17,345 nt of DNA from contig JBEQAF010000043.1 of the NCBI GenBank assembly GCA_041640455.1, positions 1 to 17,345 on the forward strand. Reading direction: 5' to 3'. Both the position numbers and the translations under genes were made by a program. Positions 1 to 8,252 of this stretch are shown here, one piece after another (within the stretch, counting starts at the first letter, position 1; every line of letters begins with the position of its first letter). Origin of the DNA: a bacterium. Lineage in GTDB: Bacteria; CALINM01. The notes under the pieces are model-generated. The model saw only the letters and a program-made list of their open reading frames with translations. It had not been told where the DNA came from and did no database searches.

Positions 1-1252
1 TATCAACAAAGGAGGCAAAAAACAAAAGATTTTTAATCCCCATAAAGGGCAGTCCGAAATGAACAGCAAATATTACGCCCAGTATAGCCCCAATCGTATT
101 AATTGCATAAGTATACCCGATAGCCTTTTCGCCCATGCCGTTTTTAAAAGCCCCATAGCTTATCAACGGGAAAGTCATACCTGCAAAGATTGTTGCAGGT
201 AGCATTATAGCAAAGGAGATAAGATGGCTTATCACATTAAACATTTGAAATCCGAAATTGGATTTTGGTAGGTTGTTAATAAGATAGCTTATGATGCTAA
301 AAGAAAGGTTATATAAAGGGAGAGTTAAAACCGCTGAAATACCCATAAGTAGCTGCACATTGGCAAGATAGCTGACAGGATCTTTTATCTTGTCCGCCCG
401 CAGTCTGATGTAAAGCCCGCCTAAAGCAATGCCGGTAATAAATGCACAGAGCATAATCTCAAAATTATGAGTAGAGCTGCCCAACACAAGACTTAGCATT
501 CTTATCCAGACTATCTCATAGATGAATGAAGAAAAACCAGTAAAGCAGGCTGTAAAGAACAGTATATAAAAAAATCTGTTGTTTAATGAAAGGTCTGCGC
601 CTTCTTCTGAAGATTTGATTGGAATAGTTTGACTCTCGTTCTTTGACTTAAAATAAATAATAACAAAAATAATTAGATTCAGTGCCCCGGCAAGTGATAT
701 GGTATAGGGCATCCCCATATGTTCCACAAGGTAAAATCCTGTAATAAAAACACCTAAAGCCGCCCCAATACTGTTAGAAAAATAGAGAAAGGAAATGCTT
801 TTTGCTGTGTCTTCCGGGTTGTTTCTCACAAAATAATAACTGATAACGGGAAAGGTCATCCCGAGAAGTATTGTCTGAGGTGTAACAATAAGGCTGGAAA
901 TAAAAATCTTGTAAAAAATTACAAGATAACTATTTTCAAGAAAATGAAAAACATAATTGTAAGAAAAGTCGGTTACAAAATTAAATATTAAATGAAAAAA
1001 TACGGCAAATATTCCGATTATCCCCTCAATAGAAGCATACAAAAACAAAGGCTTCTTAAATTTTGCTGAAAATCTGCTTGAAAGATAGGAACCGAAAGCC
1101 ATTCCGCCCATAAATATACACAAAACAAGAGACTGGGCATATGCTGCATGACCTAAGAATGTTTTTAAATAATGACTCCATAAGAGCTCATAAACTAACC
1201 CTGATAATCCAGAGAGGAAAAAGACAAAATATATAAATTTTCCATTAATCAT
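1..1252 (-). CDS. Fused MFS-like/spermidine synthase family membrane protein, N-terminal membrane part (3'-truncated by the window edge)
   Basis: Hand translation from ATG at 1252: MINGKFIYFVFFLSGLSGLVYELLWSHYLKTFLGHAAYAQSLVLCIFMGGMAFGS...PQTILLGMTFPVIS...LYFSNSIGAALG...FTGFSSFIYEIVWIRMLSLVLGSSTHNFEIMLCAFITGIALGG...PATIFAGMTFPLIS...TYAINTIGAILG...FASFVD. Frame checked at several points and consistent to base 2. The duplicated SG..YE..W / GMTFP / Y..N..GA..G motifs are typical of this family. The catalytic domain is not in the window. Confidence 0.85.
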   Translation of the reverse strand, partial: MINGKFIYFVFFLSGLSGLVYELLWSHYLKTFLGHAAYAQSLVLCIFMGGMAFGSYLSSRFSAKFKKPLFLYASIEGIIGIFAVFFHLIFNFVTDFSYNYVFHFLENSYLVIFYKIFISSLIVTPQTILLGMTFPVISYYFVRNNPEDTAKSISFLYFSNSIGAALGVFITGFYLVEHMGMPYTISLAGALNLIIFVIIYFKSKNESQTIPIKSSEEGADLSLNNRFFYILFFTACFTGFSSFIYEIVWIRMLSLVLGSSTHNFEIMLCAFITGIALGGLYIRLRADKIKDPVSYLANVQLLMGISAVLTLPLYNLSFSIISYLINNLPKSNFGFQMFNVISHLISFAIMLPATIFAGMTFPLISYGAFKNGMGEKAIGYTYAINTIGAILGVIFAVHFGLPFMGIKNLLFFASFVD

Positions 1253-1270
1253 TTTTAATCTTATATTAAT

Positions 1271-1299
1271 TTACTACCATAAAAAGCTATATTTGTCAA
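1271..1299 (-). promoter_or_regulatory. Candidate sigma70 promoter for the spermidine-synthase-like gene
   Basis: Minus strand reads TTGACA (1299-1294), 17-nt spacer ending in TGG, then a weak -10 TAGTAA (1276-1271). The -35 is perfect, the -10 is poor. Confidence 0.35.
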
Positions 1300-1307
1300 A
1301 AAAATAA

Positions 1308-1316
1308 TGATATAAT
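1308..1316 (+). promoter_or_regulatory. Candidate extended -10 promoter for typA
   Basis: TGA-TATAAT (TGn + consensus -10) about 70 nt upstream of the typA ATG. No good -35. SD AGGAG at 1377-1381. Confidence 0.4.
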
Positions 1317-1386
1317 TAATAAAACAGACCAATGATTTTTAAGCAGATCAGCTAAAATCCCGTTAAAATCAGAAAAAGGAGAAAAA

Positions 1387-3174
1387 ATGGATATTAGTTT
1401 ATTAAGAAATATTGCAATCATAGCTCATGTGGATCACGGAAAGACGACCCTTGTGGATGCCATGTTGAAGCAGAGCGGCATTTTTAGAGAGAATCAGCAG
1501 ATAGTGGAAAGGGTAATGGACTGTATAGATCTTGAGCGAGAAAAGGGGATAACCATTATGGCAAAAAATACAGCCATATATTACGGAGATTATAAGATAA
1601 ATATTGTTGATACGCCTGGACATTCAGACTTTGGAGGTGAGGTTGAGAGAACCCTAAAACTGGTTGACGGGGCATTGCTTCTTGTTGATGCATCGGAAGG
1701 ACCACTGCCTCAGACGAGATTTGTGTTGAAAAAAGCGCTCGAACTTAAACTACCCATAGTGGTGGTTATTAATAAAATTGATAGAAAAGATGCGAGAATA
1801 AAAGAAGTAATTGATGAGGTGTACTATCTTTTTATAGATCTTGATGCGGATGAGGATAATCTAAACTTTCCTATTTTATACACCAATGCGAGAGAGGGAA
1901 TTGCAAAGAAGGAGCTTTCCGATGATTCAAAAAACCTTAAACCGCTTTTTGATACCATCATAGATTATATCCCATGTCCGCAAGGGAGTATTACAAATCC
2001 GCTCCAGATACTTATAGCCCATATTGATTACGATGATTATGTAGGGAAGCTTTGTATTGGCAGAATATTTAATGGAGAGATATCTGGCAATGATACAGTT
2101 GTTTATGGTCATGATGAACATAATTTGAAGAAAGGAAAAATATCTACCCTTTTTACCTTTGAGGGGCTTGATAGAAAAATAACTGACAGAGCAAGCACAG
2201 GAGATATTGTTGCCATAGCTGGGCTTGAAGATATATCTATCGGAGATACAATCACAACGGCACAGAATCCCATGATATTACCAAAGATTAAGGTTGACGA
2301 GCCCACCATCTCTATGATCTTTTCGGTAAACACATCTCCCTTTGCAGGAAAGGAAGCAAAATATGTTACCTCCAGAAACCTCAAGGAAAGGCTTTTTAAA
2401 GAAGCCATGCACAATGTAAGCATCAAGGTTGAGGAGACTGATTCAAGCGATAGTTTTAAGGTCATGGGTAGAGGGGAGCTTCAGCTTGCCATTCTTATAG
2501 AGATGATGAGAAGGGAGGGATATGCCTTTTATGTGGGCAGACCTGAGATTGTTTTTAAAGAGATTGATGGCATCGTCTGTGAGCCCTATGAATACCTTGT
2601 AATTGACTGCCCTGAAGAGTTTATGGGAGTGGTAAATCAGAAAATGGGTATTAGAAGAGGAGTGCTAATAAAAATGGTAAATCATGAGCAGGGCAGAATC
2701 CGCATGGAGTTTAGAATCCCCTCAAGAGGGCTTATCGGTTTCAGAAATGAGTTTCTTACAGATACGAGGGGGACAGGCATTATGCATAGTGTGTTTGACG
2801 GCTATGAACCCCAGACCGGAAGCATTCAGTCAAGAAAAACAGGATCGTTGGTGGCGGACAGAGATGGAAGATCTACCACTTACGCGCTTTATAATTTACA
2901 GCCGAGAGGGATACTCTTTATCAGGGAGAATACGGAGGTTTATGCGGGGATGATAGTGGGAGAAAACTCAAAGGATGTGGATTTATACGTAAATGTAACC
3001 AAAGAAAAAAAACTCACCAATATAAGAGCAGCTGGCTCAGATGAAAATCTAAGGCTTGCCCCACCACAGATAATGAGTCTTGAAAAATCCATTGAGTTTA
3101 TCAAGGAGGACGAGCTGATAGATGTTACCCCACTAAATATCAGAATGTGTAAGAAGAACCCCACATTCAGATAA
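1387..3174 (+). CDS. typA: Translational GTPase TypA/BipA
   Basis: [18 protein letters not shown] (G1), [23 protein letters not shown] (G3), NKID (G4), [27 protein letters not shown] and C-terminal [10 protein letters not shown]; 595 aa; SD AGGAG. Confidence 0.98.
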   Translation: MDISLLRNIAIIAHVDHGKTTLVDAMLKQSGIFRENQQIVERVMDCIDLEREKGITIMAKNTAIYYGDYKINIVDTPGHSDFGGEVERTLKLVDGALLLVDASEGPLPQTRFVLKKALELKLPIVVVINKIDRKDARIKEVIDEVYYLFIDLDADEDNLNFPILYTNAREGIAKKELSDDSKNLKPLFDTIIDYIPCPQGSITNPLQILIAHIDYDDYVGKLCIGRIFNGEISGNDTVVYGHDEHNLKKGKISTLFTFEGLDRKITDRASTGDIVAIAGLEDISIGDTITTAQNPMILPKIKVDEPTISMIFSVNTSPFAGKEAKYVTSRNLKERLFKEAMHNVSIKVEETDSSDSFKVMGRGELQLAILIEMMRREGYAFYVGRPEIVFKEIDGIVCEPYEYLVIDCPEEFMGVVNQKMGIRRGVLIKMVNHEQGRIRMEFRIPSRGLIGFRNEFLTDTRGTGIMHSVFDGYEPQTGSIQSRKTGSLVADRDGRSTTYALYNLQPRGILFIRENTEVYAGMIVGENSKDVDLYVNVTKEKKLTNIRAAGSDENLRLAPPQIMSLEKSIEFIKEDELIDVTPLNIRMCKKNPTFR

Positions 3175-3252
3175 AATAGCAAGTGGAATTTTTTTATATA
3201 TTAATTTGCTTTTAAGATTTATAATATCCATATTAAGCTAATTGGAGGAAAA

Positions 3253-3870
3253 ATGAAAAAACTTTTAGTTATTTTTTTTCTGATCATTACCTGTTCTCTT
3301 AGCCTGGCTGAGGGTGGACACAGAGGTAAAGTTATAAATACTATGGATGTGGAAGGCTACACCTATGCAGAGATTGAAAATAATGGTAAGAAAGAATGGA
3401 TAGCCTCAACTCATTTTGATGCAAAGATAGGAGATTTTGTCGAAACCTCTGAAGGAATTTTAATGGCTGATTTTTATAGTAAAAGCCTTAAGAGGACCTT
3501 TAAGGAGATATATTTTGTAACCTATGTTAAGGTTGTTTCGGACTCAAAGGATACACAAAAAATTAAAGAGAAACCGTTAGAAATAACACTCGCTGATTTT
3601 AATAAAAATAAAGGGAAATATAATGGTAAGCCCATAAGATTTAAAGCCCTTGTAACTAAGGTATCCAGCAATATTATGGGGAAGAACTGGCTTCATGTAA
3701 CTGGTGAGGGTGAAAAGGAGAAGGATGTAGATATTGTTGTATCCACCACAGACAAGGCGAATGTTAATGATAAGGTTGTGGTTGAGGGTGTGCTTACGCT
3801 TGATAAAAACATAGGCGGAGGATATCTGTTCCCTCTATTTATAGAAGATGGAAAGATTACTTCAAGGTAG
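3253..3870 (+). CDS. Exported protein with two OB-fold-like domains (NrfJ-like family), function unknown
   Basis: SD GGAGG; signal peptide MKKLLVIFFLIITCSLSLA/E; first domain GKVINTMDVEGYTYAEI...MADFYSKSLKRTFKEIYF (NrfJ-like, recognised from memory); second domain VTKVSSNIMGKNWLHV...NDKVVVEGVLTLDKNIGGGYLFP. Confidence 0.7.
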   Translation: MKKLLVIFFLIITCSLSLAEGGHRGKVINTMDVEGYTYAEIENNGKKEWIASTHFDAKIGDFVETSEGILMADFYSKSLKRTFKEIYFVTYVKVVSDSKDTQKIKEKPLEITLADFNKNKGKYNGKPIRFKALVTKVSSNIMGKNWLHVTGEGEKEKDVDIVVSTTDKANVNDKVVVEGVLTLDKNIGGGYLFPLFIEDGKITSR

Positions 3871-5101
3871 GCTTCTTTAAAAACAAGGACAGTATAATAG
3901 CTATAAAAGCCAGCATAGCAGCCATATAAAAGCTTCCAGAAAAGCTTCCTGTCTGCTCAGCCAGTTTGCCTGCAATTGCAGGACCTGTAATCTGACCTAT
4001 ACCAAAAATAAAGGTTATAAAGCCAAAAGATTTTGCAGCATACTTCTGCCCCACATAGTCTCCCACTGCGGCAGCCATAATGGTAGGTATGCTCCATGCA
4101 ACCACACCGTAAAAAAATATGGAAGCATACAGGAAAATGCCAGGTAATCCCGAAGCAATAAGCATATAGGCTAAAAACTGAAAGGTAAATACCAGAGCAA
4201 GCCCCGCCTTTCTACCTATCCTGTCAGATAATGACCCAAATAGAGGTCCCGAAAGTAGACTAAGAAAGCCTACTATAGACCAAAAATTACCAGCTATGCT
4301 CTCCGAAAAGCCTCTTTCTTTTACAAGAGTGGTTACTATAAAAGTAGCATAGATTACATAGGTGTAACCGAACAAAAAATAAATAATGCCCAGATGATAA
4401 ATAACGGGCATTTTATAAATATTTATGTCATGGCTTTCGGTGCTTTTAAGATTAATGGTCTGTTGGGAATCTTCTCCTATAGGATTAAGCCCGAGCTCAG
4501 CGGGACTGTTTCTTAAAATAATAAGGCAGAATATGGCTATTATCATTACCAGAATACCTAATATGAACCAGTTTAGCCTCCACCCATCTTCTCCTGTAAT
4601 CCTGTTGATAAAGGGTATAAAAAATCCTGAAAAAACTATAGCAAAACCGCTCCCGATGGTCATTATGCCTGCAGCTTTACCGCGCATTTTTTTGCTGAAC
4701 CAGTAGGAAACAAGGCTCATCATAGACACGTTTGCTCCGCCCGATCCCATCCCTGTCAGGATATAGAAAATTAAAATAAGCATATAGCTGTTCGAACGGC
4801 TTAATAAAATCATAGTAATTCCAACGGTCAACAGCGAAACAAATATGAATAGCCTCTGCCCGAATCGGGCAATAATATGACCAGCCAGAAAAACTGAGAC
4901 GAGATAACCGATAAAGTTTCCTGTTCCGATATATCCCATCTGAGAGTATGAAAGGCTTAGCGCCTTCCCCATTGAGGGGAGCAGCATGCCGAGAGCAAAA
5001 CGTCCGAGCCCTAAACAGGCAATAATACAAAAGGTTCCGGTAATAGCTATGAGCCAGCCGTAATGAAATTTTTGAGGGTTTATGACTTTCAAGTCACCCA
5101 T
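3857..5101 (-). CDS. MFS transporter, YbfB/YjiJ-like
   Basis: 414 aa, about 12 hydrophobic segments; N-terminal GLGRFALGMLLPSM; MFS motif A-like GSLSDRIGRK; FLFGYTYVIYATF; GIGQITGP. Confidence 0.88.
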   Translation of the reverse strand: MGDLKVINPQKFHYGWLIAITGTFCIIACLGLGRFALGMLLPSMGKALSLSYSQMGYIGTGNFIGYLVSVFLAGHIIARFGQRLFIFVSLLTVGITMILLSRSNSYMLILIFYILTGMGSGGANVSMMSLVSYWFSKKMRGKAAGIMTIGSGFAIVFSGFFIPFINRITGEDGWRLNWFILGILVMIIAIFCLIILRNSPAELGLNPIGEDSQQTINLKSTESHDINIYKMPVIYHLGIIYFLFGYTYVIYATFIVTTLVKERGFSESIAGNFWSIVGFLSLLSGPLFGSLSDRIGRKAGLALVFTFQFLAYMLIASGLPGIFLYASIFFYGVVAWSIPTIMAAAVGDYVGQKYAAKSFGFITFIFGIGQITGPAIAGKLAEQTGSFSGSFYMAAMLAFIAIILSLFLKKPTLK

Positions 5102-5107
5102 GCAGAT

Positions 5108-5135
5108 AATATAACACTGTTTTAAAAAAATACAA
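5108..5135 (-). promoter_or_regulatory. Sigma70-type promoter of the MFS gene, predicted +1 at the start codon
   Basis: Minus strand: TTGTAT (5135-5130), 16-nt spacer ending TGT, TATATT (5113-5108), 6 nt, ATG (5101). No Shine-Dalgarno. Confidence 0.5.
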
Positions 5136-5156
5136 AATTATAATTTTTTTACATAA

Positions 5157-6392
5157 TTAGATAATCTCAATTGTGAGAGGAGAACCCTCAATAACCTTTG
5201 CGGTAAACTCTTCCTTAATGTTTATCTTTTCAGAATAGACTTTTAAATACTCCCTTGTAACAAATCTGTTTAGACCTCTCTCTACCCTGTCAAAAAGGCA
5301 TTTGACCTCCCTGCCTGCAAATCTCCTGGCAAATAATCTTCGCTTTTCAGCATCTACCATAGCCATCTGTTCAGCCCGCATTTTAACAATATTTTTTGGC
5401 ACCTTCGGCTCAATTTTATATGCATCTGTCCCTTCTCTTGGAGAAAACCTGAATATATGCAGGTAATCAATCGGAAGCTGATTTATAAAATTCAGAGATT
5501 CTTGAAAATCTGAATCTGTTTCGGTTGGAAATCCTACAATAATATCTATACCTATTCCAGCAAAGGGAAAATAATCTCTTATAAGATCAACAGTCTGGGC
5601 AAACTGGTATTTATGATATTTTCTTTTCATAAGCTTAAGTATCCTGTCAGAGCCGCTCTGAAGAGGGATATGAAAATGGGGGCAGAAGTTTTCCATGTCT
5701 GCAAAAATTTTTAAAATTTCTTCGTTAATCTCATTGGGTTCAAGAGAAGAGAGCCTGATCCTGAAGGGCAGAGAAGCCTCTTTTATTTTCCTAAAAAGAT
5801 ATGCAATGTCCTTTCCCATATCTATTCCCCATTTGCCCAGATGAATGCCTGTAAGAACAACTTCCCTTTCATCGGAAAGATTTTTTAGATTGCGAAGAAC
5901 AACAGATTCATCCATACTTACCGGGTTGCCTCGAACATGGGGGACAATGCAGTAGCTACAAAAACTGTCGCATCCGTCCTGTATCTTTAAAAAGGCGCGG
6001 GATCTTTCTTTAAAAATTCTTTTGAACTCAAAGTTTATACTATTTAAGTGAGATTGGTCGTCATTTAGAAGTAACTTAGGAATGTGTATTTTATTTTTAT
6101 TGCCAATGACCTTTACCACATTGGGAAGAGATAATAAATCATCTGGATTTTTCTCCGCATAACATCCAGTAACAACGATTTTTGACCGGTGATTCTGGCT
6201 GGCAAATCTTCTTATTGCTTGACGGCAACCGTTCTCCGCGTTTTTGGTAACACAGCAGCTGTTGAAAACAATAATATCAGCTTCCTTTAAATTAGCAGTC
6301 ACCGAATAACCCTGTTCAAGAAACTTTTCCTCTATCAGATTTTTTTCAAACTGATTTACCTTACAGCCCGAATATGCCACATAAACTTTCAT
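5157..6392 (-). CDS. mtaB: tRNA N6-threonylcarbamoyladenosine(37) methylthiotransferase MtaB (radical SAM)
   Basis: UPF0004 cysteines GCKVNQFE, NSCCVT, VTGCYA; radical SAM RAFLKIQDGCDSFCSYC; EVVLTGIHLG, RIRLSSLEP, CPHFHIPLQSGSD. These fit MtaB better than MiaB or RimO. Confidence 0.9.
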   Translation of the reverse strand: MKVYVAYSGCKVNQFEKNLIEEKFLEQGYSVTANLKEADIIVFNSCCVTKNAENGCRQAIRRFASQNHRSKIVVTGCYAEKNPDDLLSLPNVVKVIGNKNKIHIPKLLLNDDQSHLNSINFEFKRIFKERSRAFLKIQDGCDSFCSYCIVPHVRGNPVSMDESVVLRNLKNLSDEREVVLTGIHLGKWGIDMGKDIAYLFRKIKEASLPFRIRLSSLEPNEINEEILKIFADMENFCPHFHIPLQSGSDRILKLMKRKYHKYQFAQTVDLIRDYFPFAGIGIDIIVGFPTETDSDFQESLNFINQLPIDYLHIFRFSPREGTDAYKIEPKVPKNIVKMRAEQMAMVDAEKRRLFARRFAGREVKCLFDRVERGLNRFVTREYLKVYSEKINIKEEFTAKVIEGSPLTIEII

Positions 6393-6460
6393 AAATATCT
6401 GAATTCTATATTTTAATATATTTTCTTAATCTAAACTATAAAAAATAGGTATAACTATTC

Positions 6461-6489
6461 TTGACAGTTAAAAATAAATAAAATATCAT
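6461..6489 (+). promoter_or_regulatory. Near-consensus sigma70 promoter of the pilB operon
   Basis: TTGACA (6461-6466), 17-nt spacer, TATCAT (6484-6489), ending 11 nt before the pilB ATG. Confidence 0.6.
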
Positions 6490-6500
6490 TTAAAGGAAAA

Positions 6501-8243
6501 ATGGAAAAGATCGGCGAACTTTTACTTAAAGAAAGAGTAATTACACCTGATCAGCTAAAAAAAGCCATAGAGGAGCAGAAGATACACGGTGGAAGGCTTG
6601 GCTCAACTATGGTTAACCTCGGGTTTATCAAAGAGTATGAGCTGGTCAATTTTTTGAGCAAGCAGTATGGTGTTCCTGCTATAAATCTGCGTGAGTTTGA
6701 GGTTGATCCGAAGGTTACCAAGCTGGTACCCTACGAGGTCTGCGAAAAATATACTCTAATCCCCATAAACAGGGCAGGATCTACACTGGTAGTTGCTATT
6801 GCAGACCCGTCAAACATCTTTGCCATAGACGATGTAAAGTTTCTCACAGGCTATAATATTGAGGTTGTAGTTGCTTCAGAGGCTTCAATCAAAGAGACTA
6901 TTGAAAGAGAGTTCAAAAAATCATCATCAAAAGAGGCGGAAAAATCTGAGCCCGAATCTCAGTTCGAAGAGGTATCCCTTGAAGATACCATTCAGCTTAT
7001 AGAGGATGTTGAGGATGTTGAGGTAGTTCATGAGGAAGAGGATGTTAATGTTTCAGAACTTCAGAAAGCTACTGAAGATGCTCCGGTTGTAAAGCTGGTT
7101 AATGCTATCCTTCAGGAAGCCATTAAAAGAAGAGCAAGCGATATTCACGTGGAACCCTATGAAAAGGAGTTCAGAGTCCGTTTCAGGGTAGATGGTGTTT
7201 TGCAGGAGATAATGAAGCCGCCGATTAAACTTAAAAACGCAATAGTATCAAGACTTAAGATACTTTCAAATCTTGACATTGCAGAGAGAAGACTGCCTCA
7301 GGATGGTCGTATAAAACTTAAGCTCGGACACGGCAAGGAGATGGACTTCAGAGTTAATACTTTGCCCACCCTATTTGGTGAGAAGGTCTGTTTAAGACTG
7401 CTTGACAAGTCAAACCTTCAGCTTGATATGACTCAGCTGGGATTTAGTGAGGAACAGCTCAGGCTTTTTAAAGAAGCCATACACAGACCCTATGGGATGG
7501 TACTGGTTACCGGTCCTACAGGTTCTGGTAAGACAACGACCCTTTATTCTGCCCTTTCGGAGCTCAATAAGGTTACAGAAAATATATCAACCGCAGAAGA
7601 TCCGGTGGAGTACAATCTTGCTGGCATAAATCAGGTTCAGATGAATGAAGCTATAGGGCTAAATTTTGCGAACGTGCTGAGGGCGTTTTTAAGACAGGAC
7701 CCGGATATAATAATGGTTGGAGAGATCAGGGACTTTGAGACAGCCGAGATAGCCATTAAGGCGGCTCTTACCGGACATCTTGTCCTATCTACTCTTCATA
7801 CCAACGATGCCCCCTCAACAATTGCAAGGCTGTTAAATATGGGCGTAGAGCCCTTTCTTGTATCTTCTGCAACAAATCTTGTACTTGCTCAGAGGCTTGC
7901 AAGAAAGATATGCAAAGACTGCAAAGAGCCAATTAACCTGCCAGTTAAGGCACTTGTAGATATAGGCATACCGCCCGAAGAGGCAAAAGATGTGGTATGT
8001 TACAAAGGTAAAGGATGTGCAACCTGCGGTAATTCTGGATATAAAGGAAGAATTGCTCTTTACGAGGTTATGATGTTATATGATGAGCTTAAAGAGCTTA
8101 TTCTTGCAGGTGCTCCTGCCAGTGAGCTTAAAAGAGCTGCTATGAGACTGGGTATGCAGACATTAAGGCAGAGTGGCATTGAAAAATTAAAGGCTGGCAT
8201 CACAACTATTGAAGAGGTTGTGAGATGTTCAGTTAAAGATTAA
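6501..8243 (+). CDS. pilB: Type IVa pilus assembly ATPase PilB with N-terminal MshEN domain
   Basis: ASDIHVEP, DIAERRLPQDGR, Walker A GPTGSGKTT, TAEDPVEY, Walker B RQDPDIIMVGEIRD, His box TGHLVLSTLH, Zn tetracysteine CKDC...CATC; adjacent to pilT and pilC. Confidence 0.96.
   Translation: MEKIGELLLKERVITPDQLKKAIEEQKIHGGRLGSTMVNLGFIKEYELVNFLSKQYGVPAINLREFEVDPKVTKLVPYEVCEKYTLIPINRAGSTLVVAIADPSNIFAIDDVKFLTGYNIEVVVASEASIKETIEREFKKSSSKEAEKSEPESQFEEVSLEDTIQLIEDVEDVEVVHEEEDVNVSELQKATEDAPVVKLVNAILQEAIKRRASDIHVEPYEKEFRVRFRVDGVLQEIMKPPIKLKNAIVSRLKILSNLDIAERRLPQDGRIKLKLGHGKEMDFRVNTLPTLFGEKVCLRLLDKSNLQLDMTQLGFSEEQLRLFKEAIHRPYGMVLVTGPTGSGKTTTLYSALSELNKVTENISTAEDPVEYNLAGINQVQMNEAIGLNFANVLRAFLRQDPDIIMVGEIRDFETAEIAIKAALTGHLVLSTLHTNDAPSTIARLLNMGVEPFLVSSATNLVLAQRLARKICKDCKEPINLPVKALVDIGIPPEEAKDVVCYKGKGCATCGNSGYKGRIALYEVMMLYDELKELILAGAPASELKRAAMRLGMQTLRQSGIEKLKAGITTIEEVVRCSVKD
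7002..7046 (+). repeat. Short in-frame 9-bp tandem repeat in the PilB acidic linker
   Basis: GAGGATGTT GAGGATGTT GAGGTAGTT CATGAGGAA GAGGATGTT, encoding EDV EDV EVV HEE EDV. Confidence 0.6.
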
Positions 8244-8252
8244 GAGGATTAT

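Noticed and set aside
3139..3174. TypA C-terminus IRMCKK instead of the usual IRLRK, and slightly short
   Set aside because: A small substitution in an otherwise intact gene; no sign of frameshift or pseudogenisation.
3175..3252. Terminator or ncRNA between typA and the OB-fold gene
   Set aside because: T-rich but no stable hairpin; only a TATAAT (3220-3225) without a convincing -35.
5157..5330. Short, divergent TRAM-like C-terminus of MtaB
   Set aside because: MtaB C-termini are variable; the frame is open and ends normally.
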